Shown here in pieces: positions 1 through 15,080 of a stretch of DNA of 64,000 nucleotides (position 1 is the stretch's first letter; every line of letters starts with the position of its first letter). The notes below the pieces were generated by a model that had not been told where the DNA came from, ran no database searches, and saw nothing but the letters and a program-made list of their open reading frames with translations. The stretch lies in the NCBI RefSeq assembly GCF_009914755.1, contig NC_060933.1; one strand, written 5' to 3'. Made by a program: the position numbers and the translations under genes. The stretch comes from the human T2T-CHM13v2.0 reference genome, Homo sapiens.

Positions 1-97
1 GTCAAATTGAAATCATGGTAACTCCATTGCTATAGAAAGCTCTAAAACATATAGCCTCTGTTTGTTCCCACTTGGGTGGTCTTCCTGTATTTCTACA
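1..97 (+). mobile_element. 3' end of the 5' LTR of an ERV1 provirus (MER110/MER90-like), truncated by the window edge
   Basis: 1-97 aligns with 9509-9606 (shared 'agaaagctct', 'tctgtttgttccca', 'gggtggtctt', terminal 'ttctaca'), roughly 75-80% identity by eye; followed closely by a PBS. Confidence 0.85.
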
Positions 98-104
98 GTT
101 TTCC

Positions 105-122
105 TGGAGGATCCACCAACAT
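105..122 (+). other. Retroviral primer-binding site, tRNA-Gln type
   Basis: tggaggatccaccaacat matches TGGAGGTTCCACCGAGAT (complement of the tRNA-Gln 3' end) at 15/18, starting 8 nt after the LTR terminal CA. Confidence 0.7.
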
Positions 123-1088
123 ATAACCTGAACTATTCATCACCATGGATCCCACACTTTGGTGTAAAATTACCCATGGAGTGCCCTGAATCTTGTTGAT
201 CACAATGAGTAGATCAATGAGTACATCAGCACCCGGTCTGAACTCTGCTGTGTTTTTGTTGAGCTCTACAGCTATTTATTCTGCTTGGCACCCAGGTTTT
301 GTTATCGCTTCCCGGTTTTTGGCATTCTTGCTAGAATCAGGCCATTCATTTTCATCCTGTTCTGCTCCCTTTTGTGCTTCTGTTTTGTGCTGTCTAAAAT
401 TGTTATTAGTCATAAGGAGAATCACTGATTATAACACAACCATGCCTTATAACCCTGTTACATAAGTCAGCCACACAAACAGGTGAGTGTTGTTCTCACT
501 GGATAGGAATCCATTTGGACAAACTTTGCTCTGGGTCACCAGTAATATTAGACAAAGCTCTTTTTCCATCTACATTTTTGGTACTGATGTCTTGGCTTTG
601 ACACAGAAAGAACAATCTTTCTGGTTTTCTTTCTGATGTGGAGTGAAGACTGTCTAGTCTGAATTTAAAAATGGCCAACTATTAGATTTGGTGCCTGAGA
701 CAGGAAATGGACAAGCATCACTTTTTGACCAGCTATTGCCAAATCTTATGAGACCATCTAAGCCTAAATCCTCTCATCCTCCAGCAGACATTCCTGCCTC
801 TTATATATACATTCTCATTAAAATTTTAATTCTTGTGCATGTCTCCCTGAATGGCATAACTTTCCCGAAGTTATAATCTGGGCTTTCAGTGTCCATGCTG
901 GGGAATATTTAACTGGAATAACATTACTTATTTGAGAAACACCTTAGAAAACAAAGAGAACATGAGCAGCATTTTTTAATTGGTATATAGAGACCACCAC
1001 ACAAAATTCTGATTCAAAAATTGCTTCACTAACAGCTTCTTTGGCCAAATCCAATGGGCAATTTGACAAACTTAGGCAGTACAAACTA

Positions 1089-1449
1089 CAGACAGCCTCC
1101 AACTTACAATGGTTTCACCTTAAAATTTTCTGACGTTATGGTGGTGTGAAAGTGATTAAGGATTCCGTAGAAAACAAACTTTAAATTTTGAATTTTGATC
1201 TTTTCCTGTGCTAGCAATATATAGCACAATACTCTTACATAAGATAGCCAACACTTTATTATAAAGTAAACTTAGTGTTAGATGATATTGCCCAAATGTG
1301 GGCTAATGTAAGTGTTCTGAGCACATTTAAGGTAGGCTAGACCTAAATGTGGTAGATTAGGTGTATTAAGTGCTTTCTGGACTTACAATATTTTAAACTC
1401 AGGATGGGCTTATCAGGATGTAACCGCATTGTAAAGCAAGGAGCAGTTG
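1089..1449 (-). mobile_element. MER47 (TcMar-Tigger derivative) inserted in the ERV
   Basis: Reverse complement of recalled MER47 consensus (gctaatgtaagtgttctgagcacatttaaggtaggctag); TA at 1087-88 and 1450-51. Confidence 0.85.
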
Positions 1450-1679
1450 TAGATTTATTTCTCCAGTAAATCTTCAGACTTCTTGTTCTTCATTTGATTC
1501 CTTGCATCTGGCACTCTTCTTCCCTTTGTCCTTCTGATTTCTCTCCATCTATACCTCCACTGACTCCTTCCCCTTCTTGTCCAGACCCTTTACCTTTTCC
1601 CAATGCCTCTTCTAAGACCCAAGAATACCAGTTGCCTCTAAAGATCCATCTCTCCCATGAGCTAAGTTTATAGGCAGCT

Positions 1680-2200
1680 GTAGAATTTAAGCCTTACCCA
1701 TGCTAAATAAAAAGCTATATATAAATTTAAAATTTTTCCCTAAACTCAGAGGAAACCATAAATTACTTGTATAAGAACTTAATTTTTTTTTATCCATATG
1801 ACCCAGAGTTGCCTGACCTGTATCAACTTGTACACATATTGATCAGAAAGTCAGATGTGAAATCTTGGATGGCTGAAGGTGATTGAACTAACCTAGAAAT
1901 ACTTTTTTCTACAATAAACCCAAAAGTTTTTTTAAAGGTCCAAAAGCATGAGAACATTTTCTAAAAGCCATAATTGAAACATTTCCAATAAAAATAAATT
2001 AGGCCATAATTCCATCACGCAACTAGAGAAAGGATGAAATATGAATGGGAAGTATCCCTTTTACTTGAACTACAAGTGTTTTAACAGCTTGTAGAACATT
2101 TTGCAGTTGTTCTTGAACAATATGACACAGAAATCAAAATAAACTTCTGACCCTGCAGATCAAACAGATGGTGGCATATTTCCCAACAGATCACCATTGA
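1680..2200 (+). pseudogene. ERV gag (capsid) remnant
   Basis: tatgacccagagttgcctgacctgtatcaacttgtacacatattg reads YDPELPDLYQLVHIL (~1797-1842), an ERV1 capsid-like motif; located upstream of pro. Confidence 0.6.
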
Positions 2201-2216
2201 CAAAGACACTTATGGC

Positions 2217-2226
2217 TATATATAGA

Positions 2227-2266
<40 letters not shown>

Positions 2267-2294
2267 GCTCTCTCTCTATATATATATATATATA
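2217..2294. repeat. (TC)n/(TA)n microsatellite
   Basis: Directly visible. Confidence 0.9.
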
Positions 2295-2296
2295 CT

Positions 2297-2422
2297 CTAC
2301 TCAGAAGGCTGAGGAGGAGGAAGGAGGATCCCTTGAGCCCAGAAGTTTGAGGCTGCAGTGAGCCATGATTGTGCCACTGCACTCCAGACTGGGTGACAAA
2401 GCAAAACCCTGTCTGTAAAAAT
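2297..2422 (+). mobile_element. Alu right-arm fragment (inverted duplicate of the AluJ at 3495-3782)
   Basis: Shares private variants with the minus-strand Alu (ctactcagaaggctgagg; ccagactgggtgacaaagcaaaaccctgtctgtaaaaata). Confidence 0.9.
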
Positions 2423-2717
2423 ACAAATATACAGGTAGAATTATACATATATACAGATAGAATTATATCATATATATATCTATATCTATCTACCTATATA
2501 GATATTGCTATACATAGATCTGTATATAGAGATATCTATATCTTGTTTATATATATACATATATACGTATATATACATATATATGTATATACATATATAC
2601 GTATATATGTATATGTATAAGTATATAATATATAATGTATATATTATATATTATAAATACAATGTATATATTATATATTATAAATACAATGTATATAATA
2701 TATATTATATATTATAT

Positions 2718-3365
2718 AATACAATGTATAGATAATATATATTATATATTATATAATACAATGTATAGATAATATATATTATATATTATATAATACAATG
2801 TATAGATAATATATATTATATATTATATAATACAATGTATAGATAATATATATTATATATTATATAATACAATGTATAGATAATATATATTATATATTAT
2901 ATAATACAATGTATAGATAATATATATTATATATTATATAATACAATGTATAGATAATATATATTATATATTATATAATACAATGTATAGATAATATATA
3001 TTATATATTATATAATACAATGTATAGATAATATATATTATATATTATATAATACAATGTATAGATAATATATATTATATATTATATAATACAATGTATA
3101 GATAATATATATTATATATTATATAATACAATGTATAGATAATATATATTATATATTATATAATACAATGTATAGATAATATATATTATATATTATATAA
3201 TACAATGTATAGATAATATATATTATATATTATATAATACAATGTATAGATAATATATATTATATATTATATAATACAATGTATAGATAATATATATTAT
3301 ATATTATATAATACAATGTATAGATAATATATATTATATATTATATAATACAATGTATAGATAAT
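2718..3365. repeat. AT-rich VNTR, 37-bp unit aatacaatgtatagataatatatattatatattatat, 17 full copies plus a partial
   Basis: Unit starts at 2718, 2755 ... 3347 (629 = 17 x 37); shorter degenerate units at ~2625-2717. Confidence 0.95.
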
Positions 3366-3494
3366 ACATATAATATATGTATATAATATATATACAAGAT
3401 GTAGATATCTCTATGTACTGATCTATCTATAGCAATATCTATATAGGTAGATAGATATAGATATATATGATATAATTCTATCTGTATATATATA

Positions 3495-3782
3495 TTTTTA
3501 CAGACAGGGTTTTGCTTTGTCACCCAGTCTGGAGTGCAGTGGGACAATCACGGTTCACTATAGCCTCAAACTCCTGGGCTCAAGGGATCCTCCTTCCTCA
3601 GCCTTCTGAGTAGCTGTGTCTACAGGCATGTGCCACCATTCCTGGCTAATTAAAAAAAAAATTGTAGAGACAAGATCTTACTATGTTGCCCTGGCTGGCC
3701 TCAAACTCCTGGCTTCGAGTGACCCTCCTGCCTCAGTCTCCTAAAGTGCTGGGATTACAAGCATGAGCTACCATGCCCAGTT
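3495..3782 (-). mobile_element. AluJ-like SINE
   Basis: Dimeric Alu reverse complement with AluJ-type ctcaaactcctgggctcaag. Confidence 0.9.
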
Positions 3783-3959
3783 ACTTGTAGATCTTTTAAA
3801 TAGAAGAGATATTTTAAACAAAATACTTTTCAATCTTACAAAACATACACCAAGACAAATAAACATAACTCAGGTCAAAGGGAGTACTCCAAGGAAAGAA
3901 AAAAAGCACCCAGTATTGTGCCTTACCTTTAAAAAGTCAAGGTGAATTAGCTATTAATA

Positions 3960-4215
3960 TAGATGGTCAACCTCATCAATTCCTGGTAGCTATGGGCACT
4001 GTTCTTCCTTCATTAAATTTTCTCATCTTTGTTCAACTTCTTCCTTGGAGTAAACATAGCACACAGGTACTAGGTGTTTATAATAACCCACAGATATTTC
4101 CCATCTTTTAGCCCTTAAACGTAACCCATGGACCTTCAATTGAACAACACTACTTTTTGCTCTGTGATACCACCCTGAAAATTTAAAAGGAAGATATTTA
4201 CTTTGCAAATGGAAT
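3960..4215 (+). pseudogene. ERV protease remnant
   Basis: ttcctggtagctatgggcact = FLVAMGT (decayed FLVDTGA) at ~3980; PENLKGRYLLCKW (decayed PxNLLGRDLL) at ~4173-4211. Confidence 0.7.
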
Positions 4216-4359
4216 TATAATATTAAGTGTACAGAGGGACTATTTCTTGAGATTCCAGAGAACTCCAATATTCAGAATCATGATGTGTCTGCTCTGGATA
4301 TACCTTTGCTTTCTCTATTATATTTGATGATGCACCAGTTAAAGATCTTGACACCATAC

Positions 4360-7560
<3,201 letters not shown>

Positions 7561-7799
7561 ACACTTCAGAATTCCTCACAATCAGGAGGCTACTCTAATA
7601 ATGGAATACAATTAAGGATCTTCAGATCTTCAGAAGGAGAGCTGACTTAAGAACTATGGAACAAGGCAATGACTTCAGAAAGCGGGCAGCTTCTGCCCAA
7701 GACATCAGACCACAGTTCCTGTCTAATTCCTGTTTTGTTTTCATCTGTTTGCTTATAATAATATCTCTTTTCATTTCCCTTTCTTGTTGTTCACTCTAA

Positions 7800-9000
7800 T
7801 AATCTTTTCCTCTTTTCTTTCCTTTTTATTATAATTATTAGTTCAGAACATACTCATTCTAATGCCCTTCTTAGGTTTCCAAACTGTTTTCATTGCCTTC
7901 AATCTCACCAACTGCTGCACATGCTGTCCATCACTGGATCACCATGATAAAAATCTCTGGGAAATTCTAGTCTCATGAAATAAAACCATGGGAAATAACA
8001 CCTGACAGTGTTTCCACTTGAATCTACATGGAAAATGACCTTAAGTAAACAACCTTAAGCAAAATGACCTTAAGCAAATAAAACTGTTACTTTGCTAGTG
8101 TTCCTCCCTTTCAGAAAAAGAGCAAATTGTTTAAATCTATTGATTGGACCTCAGGTAAGTCCAAATTTGAATTCAACAACCTTTATAAGGCAATTAGCTA
8201 AATACTTGCCACCTGAAAAATATTAATAGCACTCCAAATCCAGCTAATGTAAGGCCTTGGTTCTTACCTTCTGTCACAAACAACTCCTTTAAAAGAAAAA
8301 AAAGTCTTCACGTACCCCTACTGGATACTACTTGGGGGCCTGGATGTCTGGTACTCCTTGCTTTGTACTAGCAGCAGTTCATGCATCTTAGGAATAATAT
8401 GCTGAGGTTTGTGCACAAAGAACCTAGTTCTATACTGTGTGTGAGCTTCAAAAAAGAGATTATGTTCAATTAGTGAGGTGGTTCTCCTGGGAGAATGACT
8501 GACTCACTGTACATGCAAGCAATCAGAGTAATGCTACCAATGGTAGTAATCATACTAAGAGAAAAGACAGTTAAGAAATGTATCACTAACTAACAGATAT
8601 CATTGATGATACTCCCCTTGCCCTAAATACAGATTAGTCTTGTGGGCATGATTAGTGATAGACAATTGCATTGCTTTAGATTTCTTGTTGGCTAATCATT
8701 TTGGTGCTTCTGCCATTGCTGATATTACTTGCTGGACATGGATCAATGAAACTGGCAAGATAGAACAGCTATTTATATATTGCCTTATGGATACAGCTAC
8801 ATGGCTTTCTAAAGTTGATCCTCATGACTTATGAGATTAGTTCTCTTGGCCTGAGTTGGGCAATTGGGGTTCCTTTCTCCAAAGATCTTACAGTGACTTT
8901 TAATTGTTTTTGTTTTGGTCATAGTGGTTGTGATGCTGGCTTGTTACATTCTGTCCAGAGTCTTAAGTGATTCTGAGCAGTAACCTTCTTGGCAAATGCT
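7800..9000 (+). pseudogene. ERV env remnant (gamma-type)
   Basis: FNLTNCCTC (CXXC at 7913-7924); LQKR furin-like site at ~8446-8457; TM segment DNCIALDFLLANHFGASAIADITCWTWINETGKIEQ (8661-8768) = immunosuppressive domain plus decayed CX6CC. Confidence 0.85.
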
Positions 9001-9157
9001 TGCCACAATAATACAACAAAAAAATGGTCAAGAGGACCTCATGATACAATTAACTGTTGAGACAAGCAGACAATGTTCAAGCAATAAAGATCTGGATCTT
9101 TAGCTTTCCCTGAATTTGTCAACCTCACTCAAGTGATAGAATGACCAAAAGAGGGGC

Positions 9158-9606
9158 TGTGAGACTGAACATACCAACAAACAATGGCCAGACCCTCCAT
9201 ATGTAAACGTAGGACCCTCACCCGCAAACCTCTATAGCATCCAATCTAGTAAGCCAGACTATACCTTTGCCACAGTTGGCCCAGAATGGTCAGAACTTAG
9301 TCAATGATTGCCAACTTCTCTATTTTTGACCCCGCTTCCAACTCGAAATCAAGTAAAGTCACATATGTTCGGAAATCTATCACATAAGATGTCCCACTAC
9401 TAGTTAGCCCAACTTCAGCTTCTCCAAGCATATCTGAAGCCCTCCCTCTGCCTTTTTAACAAACTAAACTGTAAAGCTTTCCCACTTGCCTGCCTGTTTT
9501 GAGTTTCTGCCAAATTCAATTCGTGGTAGCTGACTCCCTTGCTCTAGAAAGCTCTGATAAATATCATCTGTTTGTTCCCATCGGGGTGGTCTTTGTTAAT
9601 TCTACA
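9158..9606 (+). mobile_element. 3' LTR, MER110/MER90a-like (ERV1)
   Basis: TG...CA ends after the PPT; matches recalled consensus (caaacaatggccagacc, cccagaatggtcag, gctgactcccttgct) and the 5' LTR remnant. Confidence 0.85.
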
Positions 9607-9662
9607 GCTCTTAGCAATCATCTGTGTTGCCTGACTCAAATATTTTGTGTTATTTCTTAAGA

Positions 9663-9848
9663 CAGTGATTGCCAAAACATTGCTGTACATCAGAATCAGC
9701 TGGAAGGCTTGTGAAAACGGATTGCTGGGCCTCACCCCTCGAGTTTATAATTCAGCAGGTTTTGAGTGGGGCCAAGGATTTGCATTTCTAGCAAGTTCCC
9801 AGATGATGCTAATGCATTGGTCAGGTGACAACATTTTGAGAAATGTTG
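9663..9848 (-). mobile_element. MER5A (hAT-Charlie MITE)
   Basis: atttgcatttctagcaagttcccagatgatgct and CAGTG terminus. Confidence 0.85.
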
Positions 9849-11965
9849 CTTTAAGCCACTAACATGATTTAATGACAACAGCAATAATACCTGGATTTAT
9901 GTAGTGTGCTTGCTCAGGATGAGACTGTTGCATAAAATCTATGGGCTTAAAGTCATATTTTAAAACATGACCTTCCTTGGAAACATACACCTTGAGTTGG
10001 AGTTATAAGGTTACAGGAGGAAGAGAAATGAATTTGATCGGAGGTGGAAGGAAATGTCTTCACCTTGCTCATAACTATGATTTGTTTCGTCCTTTCAGGG
10101 TAATTAGCCATACTTCAGTAAAGAGAACTAGGGGACTTTGTACTTATTCATTCATGATGTAGGGATGAAAAGACAACCTCTTACTGCACCAAAAAGATGA
10201 AAAGAAAATTATTGACGTTAAATTAGTTATGATCACCTTTCATCAGAGAAAGATTCATAATTTGGCTATAACATCTGGCTATTAACTGATTACTTCCTTA
10301 GAATATCACACTGTCATTTGAGTGGAAATAGTGATGCAGAAAGCTAAAAGACAGGGAAGGATATAGATTCAGTTTTTGCCAAGGGGGCAAGGAACACACA
10401 AAACTACTCAAGTGACACTAATAAAAGATCAGCCAGGGAAGTCCCCATTTGGAAGCCTATGGCCTTAATGCTGCATGGGTCTTGGCTGGCCTTGGTGTGA
10501 CACCCTGCTTCTTCTCACTGCCATCAATGTTACCGCTTCATTCTCTCTTAGCATTCCTATGCTCCTCACAGCCTAAGTGTATTAGCTGTCCCCAAAAACC
10601 AGATGCTCCCTGCTTTCAACTTTATCTTGAATTTTTGTTTGAACTGTGTGAATTTTCAAAAAACAGAGGCTAAGTCTCAACATAAACTGAACAATTACGT
10701 GTTTCCATGTAATCTATCTTTCTCAGTTAAGATTTTCTCACTATAAAAAGAAGAGTCAAGCACTTCCTTCTTTGTGCATCTACACTAGAGGGCATTTCTC
10801 CCCAGTGCGCGGAGAAATCAGTTTTTGCTATAACCAGTTTTGGTCTTTGCTTTTTAAAACATGAAAAACAGAACAGACAAAAAATACCATGTGCAGTAAT
10901 GATGAAGGGGTGAAAACAAATCTGAAGAGGACTGTTTTAAAGAACTAGATTGTTTAGCTAAGTAACAGAGCAGATTCAAGTTTGCATAAAACGGTCTACC
11001 TTGTGGTCAAACATGACCGCCTAATAATTTTTTATGAATGACATCTGGGAGAATGAAGAATGAAACCAATTACAATTTCTAATGGAAAATTTGATCTAGT
11101 CCATGACTCTGAGGCACCAAATGTCTTCAGGAAGCTTTCTTCTCAGCTGGAACCTAATTTTACTGGACCCACTTTACTCTGTATGATAATGCAGATGTCT
11201 TTTGTGGCTTCTTTGAGGTCAAAAAGGCATCGCTGTGTGCTGTTTAAGAGTAAGTTTCTTTCTAAATAAGATCTGACTGGGTCATTACCCAGAAGCAATA
11301 ATTGGGCCATCAGGGACAAGATGAGCTCAAAATGAAAGAATAATTCACTGGCTAAAGATGATAAGCCACTAAGGCAAGGCAAAAATCAGCAAAAACCACA
11401 GATCGTGTCATCAGAATTATTTAATTCTTTCTCCTGCTTATTTAAATGGAAGGAGGAATTAGACATTTATGATTTGTTTAATAAATATTTTAAGGTGGCA
11501 CTTTTAACCAAAAGAGTTTGTTACATCCCTCAAAAATGTGAAGATGAGAAAATTTAATTATTGTGAACCAGTAAATAGTTAAGGAAAAAATAGTATGTAT
11601 ATTTAGAAAGAAAACAGAATGTTATTTATAAAAATACTGCCTAATCATGGCTATGAAGGCATTAGTCTCCTTTTAATAAATTTTTTAAATAAAAGTATTT
11701 TAAAATGAATAATTTTAAAATTATTTGGTATAATGGGACACTATAATGAACATGTAATGGTAATAAAGTAAGTGTTTTATAAGTAGATACTTAATATAAA
11801 TAATATAGAGACACTTTTCATTAGAAACAGATATCTATTATCATCCCATTTGCATTGTTTTTATTTTGTTACAAATCTGAAAATAGGGGATCAATGTGTT
11901 TTTGCAGTTCAGTTGTTTAGCTGCCAAAAATAAAATAATAAAACTTTAATTGCAACCCTCTAAGG

Positions 11966-12458
11966 CAGCGGTCCCCAAACTTTTTGGCACCAGTAACTGG
12001 TTTCATAGAAGACAATTTTTCTACTGACTGGATCGGTGGGGGGATGGTTTCCAGATGATTCAAGCACATTACATTTATTGTACACTTTATTTCTATTCTT
12101 ACATTGTAATATATAATGAAATAATTATACAACTCACCATAATGTAGAATCAGTGGGATCCCTGAGCTTGTTTTCCTTTTTCATCTGGAGATGATAGGAG
12201 ACAGTGACAGATCATCAGGCATTAGATTCTCATAAGGAGCTCACAGCCTAGATCCCTCACTTGCACAGTTTACAATAGAGTTAGTGCTTCTATGAGAATC
12301 CAATGCTGCACCTGATCTGACAGAAGATGGAGCTTAGGCAGTAATGCAAGCAATGGGGAGCAGCTGTAAATACGAATGGAGCTTCACTCGCTCACCTGCC
12401 ACTCACCTCCTGCTTTGTGGCCCAGAAAGGGTCAGTGGCCTGCGGGTTGAAGACCCTG
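11966..12458 (+). mobile_element. MER1A (hAT-Charlie)
   Basis: Matches recalled MER1A consensus end to end; 8-bp TSD ctctaagg/ttccaagg. Confidence 0.9.
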
Positions 12459-12755
12459 TTCCAAGGGATCTGTTCCTTTTCTTTCTTAGCTTTCTTCAAC
12501 ACAAAAGTACTTCTTATGGGTAGAAAACAATTAAAATAACAGCTCTATTCTTGTGTATTTTCATATTTATTTTATTTGGAGATTTATTAAAAGTATATTA
12601 TTGTACTTAGTGTATATCTAGCTTGCTACTGACAGAACTATATTAAATATTGCACTAATGGGAAAAGTGTTTTCTCATCTAATTGTTAAAAGATATGCTT
12701 TCCTTATTTGTGGGTCCTAGTGAGTAAATGTGATTCCTGCAAGATGTAACTATGG

Positions 12756-13247
12756 AATAATCCACTACTAGATATCTACCCACAAGAAAAGAAATCATTA
12801 TATCAAAGAGATAGCTGCACTTGTATGTTGATCATAGCACTATTAAAAATAGCAAAGATATGGAATCAACCTGTGTCCATCAATGGATGACTGGATAAAG
12901 AAAATGTAATATATATATGTGATTGAATACTATTCAGCCATAAAAAAGGATAAAATTATGTCTGTTGTAGCAGCATGGATGGAGCCATTATCTTAAGTGA
13001 AACAAGCCAGATACTGAAAGACAAATATCACATGTTCTCACTTTTAAGTGAGCACTAAATAACATGTACACCATGGATATAGAGTGTGGAATGATAGACA
13101 AGAGAGACTAAGAAGGGTGGGGTGGGAAGGGAGAATTACAATGTACATTACCCCAGTGATGGATACACTAAAGCCCTGACTTCACCACTATGCAGTGTAT
13201 CCATGTGAGAAAATTATACTGGTATCCCATAAATTTATACAAAAAAT
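12756..13247 (+). mobile_element. L1MA (L1MA4-like) 3' end
   Basis: ORF2 end and 3' UTR motifs (tgtccatcaatggatgactggataaagaaaatg; aagccctgacttcaccactatgc), A-rich end. Confidence 0.85.
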
Positions 13248-13487
13248 ACCGTTTGATTTTATGTGTTCATTCATATTCAGGAGACATACAAATTTCTAAA
13301 CAAATTGTAGTCTCTCTCTTACCTTGAAAACTGGTTGTGTGCAATCTAGAGTAGTTGTTTATAATGTACAGCAAATTTGTGGTTAGATCCCATAAAAGCC
13401 TATTTAAATACATGATTAATACAAGACAGTGACTCTATTGATCCACTGTGAGAAAGGACTCAATAATTACAGGTGTGAACACATTGT

Positions 13488-13602
13488 GTTGTGATCAATG
13501 GTCTGAATTTCTCTGGGACTGAGGGGATTTTCCAAGAATACAAAGGTTTTAATATTAAAACCAGGATCTTCCCAGTCAACTTAGGAAAAGTTGATCACCC
13601 TG
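13488..13602. mobile_element. MER81/MER94-like hAT-Blackjack MITE
   Basis: gggactgagggg core and terminal gttgatcaccct. Confidence 0.6.
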
Positions 13603-13739
13603 ATACATTGCTTCTAATGGCTGCGCTCCGGCTCTGAAATTCAGCTTAAGATACACTAAACAATTTCTGCCATCTCACCTAGGCACATCATTGCAATGCA
13701 AGGCAGGAAATACACCACAGAAATATCTTAGGGAATGCA

Positions 13740-15080
13740 CCACGGTAGCAAAGATAGGAGATTAGATTTTATTGTAAGTGTAAAGAGAAGCCACTGGAGA
13801 GTATGGAGAGTATTAAGCTATGTGTAACAGGATCTGACTCATGTTAATAGAATCCCTCTGCCTGTAGGAAGAGGATGGATTATATTAGGGCAAGAGTGGA
13901 AATGAGAAGACCATTTAAAAGAAATTGTGGAAGTTCAGCAAAAGGTATTGCACAGTAGTGTGGTGGATTTGTTAAGAAGTAATTGGGTTGAAATATATTT
14001 TGTATATAGAACCAACAGGATTTGCATATGGATGGGAAGCAAGGTATGTGAAAAAGAGAAGAGCCAAGGATCATTACAAGGTTTTTGCTCTGAACAATTG
14101 GGTAATTGGTATTGCCTTTTGCTTAGTTGGCAAATGTTAAAAGCTGATGAGGGCGTCTTAGTCTTTGTTGTACTGCTGTAACAGAATACCACAGACTAGG
14201 TAATTTATAGTGAACAGAATGTGTTGGCTCAAGTTCTGGAGGCTGGAAATTCTAAGCTCAAGGAGCTGGCACCTGATGATTGCCTTTTAGCATGGTGGAA
14301 GGCAGAAGGGCAAAAAGAGAGTGAGAGAGAGAGGAAGGGGCCAAACTCATCCTTTTGTAACAAGCCCACTCCTATGATAATGAACCCACTCCCACAATAA
14401 AGGCATTAATCCTTTCATGAAGGTGGAACTCTCATGACTTAATCATGTATAAAGATCTCATCTCCCAATACCATGACAATTATATTTCAACATGAGTTTT
14501 TGAGGGAACAAACACTCAAACTATAGCAGGAGGAAATTAAGAGTTGTTTTGGATGTGTGAAGTTTAATATGTTTGGTAGATACTCAAGTAAAAGTCAGAT
14601 AGCCTATTGGATACAAAAATTTAAAGTTTATGGAAAATGCCTGTGCTAAAAATGTAACTATTAATGATTATTGATGTTTGTTTTAATGGTATTGAAAATT
14701 ATAGGACTGGCTGAGTTTATCTGATATAGAAGAAATAAATTGAGCACTAATCCCAAGGAACATCAACATTTAGAAGTTAGAAAAAGGAGAAGGAGTTGAC
14801 AAAGAAGCCTGAAAAGGAGAAGCCAGTGGGGTAGAAGGAAACTCAGGATAACCTGATCTTACAAAGCCAAGAGAAGAAAAAGTCTCAGGAAGGAAGGAAT
14901 GATTAAGGATGTCAAATGCCATTCAAACTTCAAGTAAATGAGGATTAACGATTTTGCTTGGAGTTGAAGATATGCAGACTCTTGTGATAGTAGTTTCCAT
15001 GCAGTTTTGGGAATGAAAGCATGACTGGCATGAGTGTGAGAGCTCATGGAGAGAGAATAAGTGGACCCAGAGAGTATAGT
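13740..15080 (-). mobile_element. L2 fragment (split by an MST LTR)
   Basis: Purine-rich L2 antisense motifs (gagaagccactggag, gatgtcaaatgcc). Confidence 0.75.
14154..14528 (-). mobile_element. MaLR solo LTR (MSTC/MSTD-like)
   Basis: gctgtaacagaataccacagactaggtaatttata ... caaactatagca. Confidence 0.85.

Noticed and set aside
2718-3365. Regular 37-bp repeats as a CRISPR-like array
   Set aside because: No spacers, head-to-tail AT-rich units, primate context: a minisatellite.
7800-9000. Domesticated env (syncytin/HEMO-like)
   Set aside because: No ORF of 60 aa or more; stops, frameshifts and a mutated CX6CC.
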